DNA from: Phascolarctobacterium succinatutens
GTDB taxonomy: Bacteria > Bacillota > Negativicutes > Acidaminococcales > Acidaminococcaceae
DNA: 24,000 bases
NCBI RefSeq assembly: GCF_958453765.1
Contig: NZ_CAUDZA010000007.1
Span: forward strand, 19,623 to 43,622
Reading direction: 5' to 3'
Both the position numbers and the translations under genes were made by a program. This document shows positions 8,598 through 16,458 of this stretch, piece by piece (within the stretch, counting starts at the first letter, position 1; each line of letters opens with the position of its first letter). A model generated the notes under the pieces. The model saw only the letters and a program-made list of their open reading frames with translations, was not told the origin of the DNA and searched no databases.

Positions 8598-9875
8598 TTA
8601 CCTCTTTAAGGCTCTCCATGCAATATCTTTTCTGCAAAAAGCGCCATTAAAATTAATTTTTTCTACAGCAGTATATGCGCGGTCACGTGCAGCCTTGATA
8701 TTTGCGTCTACGGCAGTTACACCAAGCACACGTCCGCCGTTGGTAAGAACCTTAGCGCCGTCAGCCTTTGTACCTGCGTGGAATACAACAACGTCTTTAT
8801 CTGCAGCAGCGTCAGCCAGACCGGTAATTTCCATGCCCTTAGCATAGCTTTCGGGATAACCGCCGGAAGCCATTACTACGCATACAGCAGCCTTGTCGTA
8901 CCAGCCGAAATCTACCTGATCCAGAGTACCGGTAGCGCAGGCCAGCATAATTTCAGCCAAATCACCGTCCAGCAGCGGCAGTACTACCTGAGTTTCGGGG
9001 TCACCAAAGCGGCAGTTGAATTCTACAACCTTCACGCTGTCGCCCTTAATCATCAGGCCAGCATAGAGACAGCCCTGATAAGGCATGCCTTCCGCTGCCA
9101 TGGCAGCGATAACGGGCTTCAGAATCAGCTCAGTTGCTTTTAAACGCAGCACGTCGGTCATAACTGGAGCAGGAGCATAGGTGCCCATACCGCCGGTATT
9201 AGGACCTTCGTCACCGTCAAATACGCGCTTGTGGTCCTGAGAAGCAATCATCGGCACAATTGTTTTGCCGTCGGTAAATGCCAGGAGAGAAGCCTCCTCG
9301 CCTTCCATGTATTCTTCCAGAACGAGGCGTGCGCCTGCATTGCCGAATTTATGGTCAGCCATCATTTCGTCGATAGCGTCAAGTGCTTCCTGCTTAGTCA
9401 TAGCAACGACAACACCCTTGCCTGCAGCAAGACCGTCAGCCTTAACTACGATAGGTGCGCCCTTTTCTTCAACGTAAGCCTTAGCGGTTTCAATATCCTC
9501 GCAAATTTTGAAGAAAGCGGTAGGAATATTGTATTTTGCCATCAGCTCTTTGGAAAATGCCTTGGAACCTTCCAGCTGCGCTGCAGCCTTAGAAGGACCG
9601 AACACCGGCAGACCGCGGCGTTTGCAAACGTCCGCAAGACCTGCAACAAGCGGTGCTTCCGGACCTACAACAGTCAGGTCAATGCTTTTTTCCTCAGCGT
9701 AATCTGCTACGCCCTCCAGATTCTCAACATCCAGAGCGATGCATTCGCATTTAGGCAGCAGTGCCATGCCCGGGTTGCCGGGAGCAGCATAAATTTTTTC
9801 AACCTTAGGGCTTTGCGCCAGCTTCCACGCTAAAGCGTGCTCGCGGCCGCCGCCGCCGATTAATAAAATATTCAT
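8598..9875 (-). CDS. purD: Phosphoribosylamine--glycine ligase
   Basis: 425 aa. [19 protein letters not shown] at the N-terminus, ATP-grasp core, and [10 protein letters not shown] motif. Confidence 0.95.
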   Translation of the reverse strand: MNILLIGGGGREHALAWKLAQSPKVEKIYAAPGNPGMALLPKCECIALDVENLEGVADYAEEKSIDLTVVGPEAPLVAGLADVCKRRGLPVFGPSKAAAQLEGSKAFSKELMAKYNIPTAFFKICEDIETAKAYVEEKGAPIVVKADGLAAGKGVVVAMTKQEALDAIDEMMADHKFGNAGARLVLEEYMEGEEASLLAFTDGKTIVPMIASQDHKRVFDGDEGPNTGGMGTYAPAPVMTDVLRLKATELILKPVIAAMAAEGMPYQGCLYAGLMIKGDSVKVVEFNCRFGDPETQVVLPLLDGDLAEIMLACATGTLDQVDFGWYDKAAVCVVMASGGYPESYAKGMEITGLADAAADKDVVVFHAGTKADGAKVLTNGGRVLGVTAVDANIKAARDRAYTAVEKINFNGAFCRKDIAWRALKR

Positions 9876-9877
9876 GG

Positions 9878-10471
9878 TTATTTCTCCAGTTGCTTCTTCA
9901 GATATTCGCTGATCATTGCATCGTATTCAGCAGTATGAGTGAAGGCTTCCAATGCCAGCTCCTTACGGGTGCGTGCATCAACGTCGCCTTCTTTAGCGAG
10001 CATTTCCATTAAGCCGGCATAACGGCTAGGATAGGTTACGATAACAACGTCCTTGAAGTTTTTAGCGCTGGCACGTACCATTGCCGGACCGCCGATATCA
10101 ATGTTTTCAATTGCCTCATCCTCGGTTACGCCGGGTTTGGCAACAGTTTCACGGAAGGGATAGAGGTTAACAACAACCAGGTCAATCGGAGTGATGTCAT
10201 GCTCAGCCAAAGCCTTCATATGCTCCGGATTGCTGCGTACAGCCAGGATTGCGCCATGAATTTTCGGATTCAGAGTTTTTACACGGCCATCCATGATTTC
10301 CGGGAAGCCGGTTACATCACTTACATAGGTTACAGGAATGCCTGCTTCCTTAATAGCCTTCATAGTGCCGCCGGTAGAAATAATTTCTACACCGTTGTCA
10401 CTCAGGAATTTTGCCAGCTCTACAATGCCGGTTTTATCACTAACGCTTAATAATGCTCTTTTAATTTTCAT
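9878..10471 (-). CDS. purH: Stand-alone IMP cyclohydrolase (MGS-like N-terminal domain of PurH only; no AICAR transformylase domain)
   Basis: 197 aa. [14 protein letters not shown]...STGGT...[16 protein letters not shown]...VVVNLYPF...[16 protein letters not shown] equals PurH residues ~1-197. The ORF stops at the domain boundary, and purD starts 2 nt later. Confidence 0.85.
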   Translation of the reverse strand: MKIKRALLSVSDKTGIVELAKFLSDNGVEIISTGGTMKAIKEAGIPVTYVSDVTGFPEIMDGRVKTLNPKIHGAILAVRSNPEHMKALAEHDITPIDLVVVNLYPFRETVAKPGVTEDEAIENIDIGGPAMVRASAKNFKDVVIVTYPSRYAGLMEMLAKEGDVDARTRKELALEAFTHTAEYDAMISEYLKKQLEK

Positions 10472-11073
10472 GCTTTAACCTTTACCTTTCTGCCTTCGAT
10501 TGTCAGCTTTCCTTCTGCCCAAAGCTTTAAAGCCTCCGGCATTGCGATATGCTCCTGCACCAGAATACGGTCAGCCAAAGTATCCTCGGTGTCGTCGTCC
10601 ATAACAGGAACAACCTTCTGCAGGATAATCGGGCCGCTGTCAGTGCCTGCATCGACAAAATGAACGGTGCAGCCGCTGAATTTTACACCGTAGTCCACAG
10701 CCTGCTTCTGGCCGTGCAGACCGGGGAAGCTCGGGAGCAGCGCCGGATGAATGTTAATAATTTTATGCTGCCATTTATTTACGAAATCAGCGCTCAGAAT
10801 ACGCATGAAGCCTGCGAGAACTACCAGCTCACAGCCCTCTGCCTCCAGAGCAGCGTTGATTTTTGCTTCAAATTCTTCTTTGGAAGCGCAAGCCTTACGC
10901 TCTACGGCAACGGTTTTGATATCGGCCTTTTGCGCACGTTCCAAAGCAAAAGCATCAGGCTTATCGCTGATTACAACCGCGATTTCCAGCGGCAGATAGC
11001 CATCAGCGATACGGTCCATAATTGCCTGCAGATTACTGCCGCGACCGCTTACAAGTACGCCGATTTTATGCAC
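10468..11073 (-). CDS. purN: Phosphoribosylglycinamide formyltransferase
   Basis: 201 aa. [13 protein letters not shown], then [12 protein letters not shown] and the D-containing catalytic region. There is a 4-nt ATGA overlap with the next gene. Confidence 0.9.
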   Translation of the reverse strand: MHKIGVLVSGRGSNLQAIMDRIADGYLPLEIAVVISDKPDAFALERAQKADIKTVAVERKACASKEEFEAKINAALEAEGCELVVLAGFMRILSADFVNKWQHKIINIHPALLPSFPGLHGQKQAVDYGVKFSGCTVHFVDAGTDSGPIILQKVVPVMDDDTEDTLADRILVQEHIAMPEALKLWAEGKLTIEGRKVKVKA

Positions 11074-12127
11074 CGAAAACGCCGCCTTTCATAATCGTTT
11101 CTTTGTGTCCGGGAACAACCTTGCCCAGCTCATAGAAGGTTTCGCCCTCAGCCTTCAGGTGAGCGCGTACAGCGTCAGCCTCAGACGGGTCAACAACCAA
11201 TACCATGCCTACGCCCATGTTGAAGGTGCGGTACATTTCAGCCCAAGGTACATTGCCCCATTCCTGCAGCTTTTTGAAGACAACAGGAACTTCCCAAGCC
11301 TCGGCATTTACCTCAGCATCGCAATCTTCGGGCAGAATGCGGGGAATATTATCATAGAAGCCGCCGCCGGTGATGTGCACCATGCCGTGCAGGTCGAATT
11401 TCTCAATCAGCGGCAGGCAGGTTTTCGGATACAGACGAGTCGGAGTCAGCAGCTTTTCGCCCAAGGTACAGCCAAATTCCGGTACTTCGGTATCCATAGT
11501 ATAACCCATAGCCTCGAAGCAGATTTTACGCACGAGGGAGAAGCCGTTGGAATGCACACCGCTGGAGGGCAGGCCCAAAAGCACGTCACCGGCCTTAACC
11601 TTATCGCCGGTAATCATCTTGCTCTTATCAACAACGCCAACACAGAAGCCTGCAATATCGTATTCGCCTTTGGAGTAGAAGCCGGCCATTTCGGCAGTTT
11701 CGCCGCCGATTAAAGCGCAGCCGCTTTCCTTGCAGGCATTGGCAACACCCTTAACAATGTTGGCAACCTTTTGGGAATCAACCTTATCTACTGCAATATA
11801 ATCCAGGAAGAACAAGGGCTCTGCGCCTTGTACCAGAATATCGTTAACGCACATTGCTACAGCGTCCTGGCCGATAGTATCATGCTTATCAGCCATGAAA
11901 GCCAGCTTCAGCTTAGTGCCTACGCCGTCAGTACCGCTGACAAGCACAGGCTCCTTGTATTTGCCGCTGTTTAAAGCAAACAGGCCGCCGAAACCGCCCA
12001 GATCACCGATAACCTCAGGTCTGTAGGTAGCACGCACGCTGTCCTTCATTAATTCTACTGCTTTATTACCAGCATCAATATCTACACCGGCATCAGCATA
12101 AGTAAGTTGTTTCTTTTCCTCGCTCAT
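11066..12127 (-). CDS. purM: Phosphoribosylformylglycinamidine cyclo-ligase (AIR synthetase)
   Basis: 353 aa. YADAGVDIDAGN, DLGGFGGLF, GTDGVGTKL and GGETAEM motifs. There is an 8-nt overlap with purN. Confidence 0.95.
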   Translation of the reverse strand: MSEEKKQLTYADAGVDIDAGNKAVELMKDSVRATYRPEVIGDLGGFGGLFALNSGKYKEPVLVSGTDGVGTKLKLAFMADKHDTIGQDAVAMCVNDILVQGAEPLFFLDYIAVDKVDSQKVANIVKGVANACKESGCALIGGETAEMAGFYSKGEYDIAGFCVGVVDKSKMITGDKVKAGDVLLGLPSSGVHSNGFSLVRKICFEAMGYTMDTEVPEFGCTLGEKLLTPTRLYPKTCLPLIEKFDLHGMVHITGGGFYDNIPRILPEDCDAEVNAEAWEVPVVFKKLQEWGNVPWAEMYRTFNMGVGMVLVVDPSEADAVRAHLKAEGETFYELGKVVPGHKETIMKGGVFGA

Positions 12128-12141
12128 GAGCCTTCCTCCTG

Positions 12142-13587
12142 TTATTCAATAATGCTTTCAGGTTCTGCTTTTATTACACTATCTGCGTTATCGGGATATT
12201 TAGCGCTGAAGCAGGCACAGCACAAACCATCTGGATCAATTTTATCAATAGCACGTTTCATGCCATCCAGAGAAATATAATGCAGACTGTCTGCCCCAAT
12301 ATAACGGCAGATTTCATTTTCCGTGCAACGTGCCGCAATCAGCTCCTTGCGCTCGGAGGTATCAATACCATAGTAGCAGCTGTCTGTTACCGGGGGAGAA
12401 GAAATGCATACATGCACCTCACGTGCGCCTGCCTCCTTCAGCAGTTTAACAATCTTGCCGCTGGTAGTGCCGCGAACGATGGAGTCATCGACCATGACAA
12501 CAGATTTGCCTTCTACAACGCTGCGTACCGGATTCAGCTTCAGACGTACTGCATTAGCACGTTGCTTTTGCGTCGGCTGAATAAAGGTACGGCCTACATA
12601 ACGGTTTTTGGTAAGACCTTCCAGGAAGGGGACACCGGCCTCCATAGCATAGCCGATTGCCGCCGGAGTACCGCTGTCAGGAACGGATATAACGATATCC
12701 GGATGAATATCAGGCGTTTCCTTAGCCAGCTCGCGTCCCATCTGGATACGTGCATCATATACAGACTGGTTGTCGATGATACTGTCATTACGAGCAAAGT
12801 AAACATATTCAAAAATGCAGTGCGCAGGCTTTGCCGGTTTGTTTTCAGCCCACATCATGCTGCGCGGCTCGGAGTTATCGCTGTCGATAATAATCATTTC
12901 GCCGGGCTTAACATCGCGTACCAGCTCTGCACCAACCAGGTCAAAGGCACAGGATTCGGAAGCAACGCACCAGCCGTTTTCCATCTTGCCGAGTACCAGC
13001 GGACGGAAGCCGTATGGATCGCGTACTGCGATAATTTTGTTATCAGTCAACAGCAGAATAGCAAAAGCGCCCTTAATCTGGTTAACAGCCTCTGCTACAC
13101 GCTCTTCAATAGTCGGACGTGCACTGTAGGCAATCAAGTTCAATACAACCTCACTGTCAACAGTAGTATTAAATACTGCGCCTTCCTTAGCCAGGTTAGC
13201 ACGCAGCTGACCGGCATTAGTCAGGTTACCGTTGTGGCTCAGCGCAAGGTTACCGCCGTCAAAATAAACCTTCAGCGGCTGAATGTTATACGGCATGCTG
13301 GCACCGGTGGTGGAATAACGTACGTGGCCGATAGCCGCATAGCCCTGCAAATCAGCAACGCCATCTTTAAAGACATCGGCAACCAGACCCATGCCCTTTT
13401 TAATTTTCATGCGCTCGCCATCAGTTACAACAATACCGGTACTTTCCTGGCCACGATGCTGCAGCGCATACAGTCCCCAATAGGTGTTGAGTGCTACATC
13501 CTCATTATGGCTGAAGATACCAAAGACACCGCACTCCTCATGCAGCTTGTCCTCGCTAAAATTTTGCTCCTCGAAAATCTGCTCCAC
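12142..13587 (-). CDS. purF: Amidophosphoribosyltransferase
   Basis: 481 aa. GTG start lies 7 nt after AAGGAG. A propeptide precedes the Ntn-Cys context ECGVFGI. PRTase loop VVMVDDSIVRGTT is present, along with C-terminal cysteines consistent with an Fe-S type enzyme. Confidence 0.95.
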   Translation of the reverse strand: MEQIFEEQNFSEDKLHEECGVFGIFSHNEDVALNTYWGLYALQHRGQESTGIVVTDGERMKIKKGMGLVADVFKDGVADLQGYAAIGHVRYSTTGASMPYNIQPLKVYFDGGNLALSHNGNLTNAGQLRANLAKEGAVFNTTVDSEVVLNLIAYSARPTIEERVAEAVNQIKGAFAILLLTDNKIIAVRDPYGFRPLVLGKMENGWCVASESCAFDLVGAELVRDVKPGEMIIIDSDNSEPRSMMWAENKPAKPAHCIFEYVYFARNDSIIDNQSVYDARIQMGRELAKETPDIHPDIVISVPDSGTPAAIGYAMEAGVPFLEGLTKNRYVGRTFIQPTQKQRANAVRLKLNPVRSVVEGKSVVMVDDSIVRGTTSGKIVKLLKEAGAREVHVCISSPPVTDSCYYGIDTSERKELIAARCTENEICRYIGADSLHYISLDGMKRAIDKIDPDGLCCACFSAKYPDNADSVIKAEPESIIE

Positions 13588-13600
13588 AATTTTTCTCCTT

Positions 13601-13719
13601 AATTTTAGTTTTTAGTTATCAATTGTCAGTTATTAGTGGTTAGTTATAAGTGATCAGTAATTAGTTATTAATGTTTAGCAGTCAGTTTCTATTCACTATC
13701 CACTACTCACTATTCACTA
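13601..13719 (-). repeat. 17 x 7-nt degenerate tandem array filling the purE-purF spacer; 16 of 17 units begin with a stop triplet
   Basis: Minus strand after the purE TAA: TAGTGAA TAGTGAG TAGTGGA TAGTGAA TAGAAAC TGACTGC TAAACAT TAATAAC TAATTAC TGATCAC TTATAAC TAACCAC TAATAAC TGACAAT TGATAAC TAAAAAC TAAAATT. The purF SD AAGGAG follows immediately. Confidence 0.85.
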
Positions 13720-14241
13720 TTACAGGTGTAAGTCCTTGAACTCCTGCGCAGGAACGCCACGCATGGAAGCCAGTTTTTCACCCTTAGCTCTTACTTCTTC
13801 ACGCATTGTTGCACGATGCTCTGCCAGTTTTTCTACCAGCTCCGGATATTTGACGGAAAGAATCTGAATCGCGAACAATGCAGCATTCTTAGCACCATTG
13901 ATAGCCATCGTTGCAACAGGTACACCGGAAGGCATCTGTACAAAGCTCAGCAGTGCATCCATACCGGCCAACGGTGTTGCGTTAATAGGAATACCGATGA
14001 CAGGAACAGTAGTAAAGGCAGCGATGAAACCACCCAGATGAGCAGCTGCGCCGGCTGCGGCAATAATTACCTCTACGCCACGGTCACGGGCACCCTTAGC
14101 AAAGTTCTGTACTACGTCCGGAGTACGGTGAGCGGAAGCAACTACTACTTCAGTTTCAACGCCAAACTCCTTCAGAGTTTTTTCTGCAGCCTCAAGTACA
14201 GGCCAGTCAGAATTACTACCCATGATAATTGCAACTTTCAT
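13720..14241 (-). CDS. purE: N5-carboxyaminoimidazole ribonucleotide mutase (class I-like PurE)
   Basis: 173 aa. [14 protein letters not shown] and AAAHLGG (class I-type AAHL(P/G)G rather than class II SNGLGP, as I recall). GGGAGG SD. Confidence 0.95.
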   Translation of the reverse strand: MKVAIIMGSNSDWPVLEAAEKTLKEFGVETEVVVASAHRTPDVVQNFAKGARDRGVEVIIAAAGAAAHLGGFIAAFTTVPVIGIPINATPLAGMDALLSFVQMPSGVPVATMAINGAKNAALFAIQILSVKYPELVEKLAEHRATMREEVRAKGEKLASMRGVPAQEFKDLHL

Positions 14242-14362
14242 TGAAATCTACCTCCCAAAAATTACTTGTAGAAACAATAAAACCCAAGCAGAAAGCTGTT
14301 CAGTTTCGAAATCCTGTGCAAAATCTAACCCGGGTTCTCAATCACTTAAATAATTCACTTTA

Positions 14363-14391
14363 ATTATACCAATCCAACGCGTAAACGTCAA
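14363..14391 (-). promoter_or_regulatory. Sigma-A promoter of the pur operon
   Basis: Minus strand: TTGACG (14391-14386), 17-nt spacer, TATAAT (14368-14363). This leaves a leader of about 115 nt before the purE ATG. Confidence 0.55.
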
Positions 14392-14392
14392 A

Positions 14393-14439
14393 TAAACTGT
14401 GAACTTTTTAACAGTTTTTTAGAAAATCGTTCGGAAAAA
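14393..14439 (-). promoter_or_regulatory. Possible PurR-type operator (two inverted PurBox-like elements)
   Basis: Minus strand reads TTTTTCCGAACGATTTTC (14439-14422) and AAAAAGTTCACAGTTTA (14409-14393), with cores CCGAAC and GTTCAC 30 nt apart just upstream of the -35. The Bacillus PurBox as I recall it is AWWWCCGAACWWT. The second box is imperfect. Confidence 0.35.
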
Positions 14440-14453
14440 CTTCAGAGCAAAGG

Positions 14454-14497
14454 AAAAGCACCCTCCGCCGCCGCTTTCACGGCAGCAGAGAGTGCGC
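14454..14497 (-). repeat. Left copy of the direct repeat; also the intrinsic terminator of the islet's last gene
   Basis: AAAAGCACCCTCCGCCGCCGCTTTCACGGCAGCAGAGAGTGCGC matches 16649-16694 at 41 of 46 aligned columns, and the 3' 23 nt are identical. Minus-strand RNA forms a ~15-bp G-C/G-U stem followed by a U-rich run CUUUUCCUUU. Confidence 0.75.
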
Positions 14498-14505
14498 GAA
14501 AATCT

Positions 14506-15108
14506 CTATATTCCAGCGTACTTATTATGCCTATATAATTCGACGCTGCTAACTAAACCTTTACTAACAACTTTCTTCTCTTTCAACAACACAGTATATT
14601 GAGTCTGTCTCGTGCTGTAATCATACGCAGTTTCTTGAAATATAGAATTCATACAATATTTCTTGTCTGTTCTCACAAAGAAAGAAAATACTATGGGTTC
14701 ATTGGCAAGCATCCCTTTTGCTAAATAATCAGCTGTTATTCTTGTAGCAAATGCAACCCTGTTCTTATCATAAGAATAAAATTTCGTTTCCTGAGCATCT
14801 ATAACCTGTTCTAAAATTTTCAAGGAATATAAGCGTTCTTCTAATATCGAAAAATTTTTATCACTTGCAATCACATCACTTGTAACTGTTCCGTTGAGAA
14901 TATGCTCTAATATCCACGTACTAGTCCGTTGCTGAAACGAGTATCTTTGCTTTAGTTTATGAAAGCCAGCTAAATGATAAAAGTTTTCTGGCATAAAAAC
15001 GATATTCAAATCAAAAGTATTACCCTTTCTACCCAAAACAATATGATACTCAACTGCTATCAAATTTTTATATGCCTGAGCCGCCATCAATAAAATATCT
15101 CGTCCCAT
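14506..15108 (-). CDS. 200-aa protein, tentatively PBECR4-like (Barnase-EndoU-ColicinE5/D-RelE fold) predicted RNase
   Basis: AAAGGGGA SD. The ORF is clean in an AT-rich context. N-terminal AYKNLIAVEYHIVLGRKGNTFDLNIVFMPENFYHLAGFHKL and C-terminal YTVLLKEKK resemble PBECR4-domain proteins as I remember them. No alignment was computed. I am confident the ORF is real (~0.85); the confidence given here is for the family assignment. Confidence 0.5.
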   Translation of the reverse strand: MGRDILLMAAQAYKNLIAVEYHIVLGRKGNTFDLNIVFMPENFYHLAGFHKLKQRYSFQQRTSTWILEHILNGTVTSDVIASDKNFSILEERLYSLKILEQVIDAQETKFYSYDKNRVAFATRITADYLAKGMLANEPIVFSFFVRTDKKYCMNSIFQETAYDYSTRQTQYTVLLKEKKVVSKGLVSSVELYRHNKYAGI

Positions 15109-15130
15109 AAATCCCCTTTCTTAAATAAGC

Positions 15131-15317
15131 AAAATGGACACTACCGAGAAAATAGTGTCCATCTGCATTTTGCTATTTTTATGTCTGCACACGAACGTAC
15201 ATAAGTCAGGTTGAGGTTTCTATAGCAAAACCCTACATAAAGCTCCTCCAAGTCCCGCATCCTGACACGCTTCTTGGCATCACCACTTATACTGACACAC
15301 TCCGTTGCCAGTTCTCT
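15131..15317 (-). ncRNA. Candidate structured non-coding leader/sRNA (~185 nt) between its own promoter and the hairpin above
   Basis: No SD-preceded ORF is present. An imperfect ~22-bp hairpin spans 15205-15266 (GTCAGG/CCTGAC, TTGAGG/CCTCCAA, TTTCTATAG/CTACATAAA). A second helix pairs 15306-15310 with 15275-15279. G+C is visibly higher than in the flanking islet genes. The ends are inferred. Confidence 0.3.
15134..15162 (-). terminator. Terminator/attenuator hairpin 25 nt upstream of the RNase-like gene start
   Basis: Minus-strand RNA AUGGACACUA-N9-UAGUGUCCAU forms a perfect 10-bp stem, followed by UUUGCUUAUUU, then AAAGGGGA and the ATG. Confidence 0.5.
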
Positions 15318-15323
15318 ATTCAT

Positions 15324-15352
15324 ATCTTACTATACATAACTGAACTTGTCAA
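15324..15352 (-). promoter_or_regulatory. Sigma-A promoter inside the islet
   Basis: Minus strand: TTGACA (15352-15347), 17-nt spacer, TAAGAT (15329-15324). Confidence 0.5.
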
Positions 15353-15513
15353 ATTTTTCTTTCCCTACTTCTCCACCAACACCTTATACATTTTCATCAG
15401 CTCTGCTACGCACGTCGCTTCGCTGTTAAGCCTGCCCCCAAAGCCATACGCTTCCATGACAGTTATGTACTTCGCTATGTTTAGTACATTTATGTATTAC
15501 ACATTGAATATTC

Positions 15514-16458
15514 TCACTCCTCTATCTCAATCCCCATGATAGGTCCCCAATCAGCCAAAGTTCTTTCAGACGTTGGACTTTTAATATATACATGTAACTT
15601 ATCAATATCAAATTCTAATCCTCTTGCACCATTCATTCCAGCATATGTCTTTACCACTCTCTCCACAACTATTTCTTTTTGCCCCTTATTCAAATAATAC
15701 CAATTAGAATTTACATAAACAACAACAAAATATTGCCCTCTAAATCTGCATCCATCATATAGGCCATTTAGAGTATTACTAAGGACTTTATCATATGATT
15801 CTATTAATTCTTTTAATACTGCTGCATCAACAATTTTTTTCTTTTCCTCTTCTATTTCTGGCGTTTTATTTTTTGTTACGTCCACAACTCTATTTTCACT
15901 AGTTTGATTTTCTATCTTTTTATTTTCTACACTAGTTGTACAAGGAACAAATTTCACTAACAAAAACATAATTACACCAAAAATTGCATATACTGTTAAT
16001 GCAACCCATTTGGTACTTTTAAATAAATCAGGATATAATTTTTCTATCTCTACTCTTTTTTCATTATCAAATCTACGACACTTTCCAATATACTCATCAA
16101 TAGAATCCACATATTTAAATTTAAGTTCTAACTCATCTCCTAACGACTTCATCAAATCACAAAGATCTAACATCTCCAATTTAATTTCAACATTAACTTT
16201 ATCTGTTTTAAGTTTTTCCCCTTTCAAGATAGAAAATTCCTTTTCAGCATAATTTTCACACTTGTTCACTATATCAGTAATAGCTAACGTTCTATCTATA
16301 CCATAATCATTTTCTATTAACTTAAATGACATCAAAACACATTTTTTTAAATTCTTAGCAGCTTTATGTCGAGCTATCTCTCCATTTACAATGCTATTAT
16401 ATGTAGTGTAAAATACTGATTCCCAATTATCCTTTGAATACTCATCCACAAATATCAC
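15514..16458 (-). CDS. 314-aa single-pass membrane protein of unknown function
   Basis: N-terminal ~150-aa helical-looking domain, one TM helix (WVALTVYAIFGVIMFLLVKFV), a K/E/N-rich linker, and a C-terminal ~105-aa domain (GQYFVVVYVNSNWYYLNKGQKEIVVERVV...). I recognise no family. The start is uncertain: GTG 16458 sits only 1 nt after GGAAAGG, GTG 16449 is an alternative, and a strong SD+ATG at 16492 is out of frame. Confidence 0.75.
   Translation of the reverse strand: MIFVDEYSKDNWESVFYTTYNSIVNGEIARHKAAKNLKKCVLMSFKLIENDYGIDRTLAITDIVNKCENYAEKEFSILKGEKLKTDKVNVEIKLEMLDLCDLMKSLGDELELKFKYVDSIDEYIGKCRRFDNEKRVEIEKLYPDLFKSTKWVALTVYAIFGVIMFLLVKFVPCTTSVENKKIENQTSENRVVDVTKNKTPEIEEEKKKIVDAAVLKELIESYDKVLSNTLNGLYDGCRFRGQYFVVVYVNSNWYYLNKGQKEIVVERVVKTYAGMNGARGLEFDIDKLHVYIKSPTSERTLADWGPIMGIEIEE

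Noticed and set aside
13601-13719. The possibility that the heptad array is a CRISPR array, a coding repeat, or a set of promoter elements.
   Set aside because: The units are 7 nt with no spacers, so this is not CRISPR. Stop triplets occur in all three frames on the sense strand, so it is not coding there. It sits inside an operon between a stop codon and an SD. I keep it as an unexplained RNA-level or VNTR-like element.
14454-14497. The possibility that the two terminator-like repeats are merely independent, convergently similar GC-rich terminators.
   Set aside because: Not fully excluded. However, a 23-nt perfectly identical core plus similar flanks is more than stem-loop convergence would give, and no other terminator in this window resembles them.
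15141-15323. 60-aa ORF inside the islet (MNRELATECVSISGDAKKRVRMRDL...).
   Set aside because: There is no SD: the ATG sits inside the -10/TSS region of the promoter. The ORF also runs straight through the 10-bp terminator hairpin and ends in it. I treat the region as non-coding, although a decayed HTH-gene remnant cannot be excluded.
15394-15400. CUGAUGA on the minus strand, reminiscent of the hammerhead ribozyme core.
   Set aside because: The downstream sequence does not form a stem II closed by GAAA, and no matching stems I or III could be drawn. An isolated heptamer match is expected by chance.
15365-15457. 30-codon ORF (MEAYGFGGRLNSEATCVAELMKMYKVLVEK) in the relatively GC-rich patch between the two islet genes.
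   Set aside because: It has no SD, it lies upstream of the internal promoter, and it is too short to evaluate. It could be a remnant of an older gene, but I cannot support a call.
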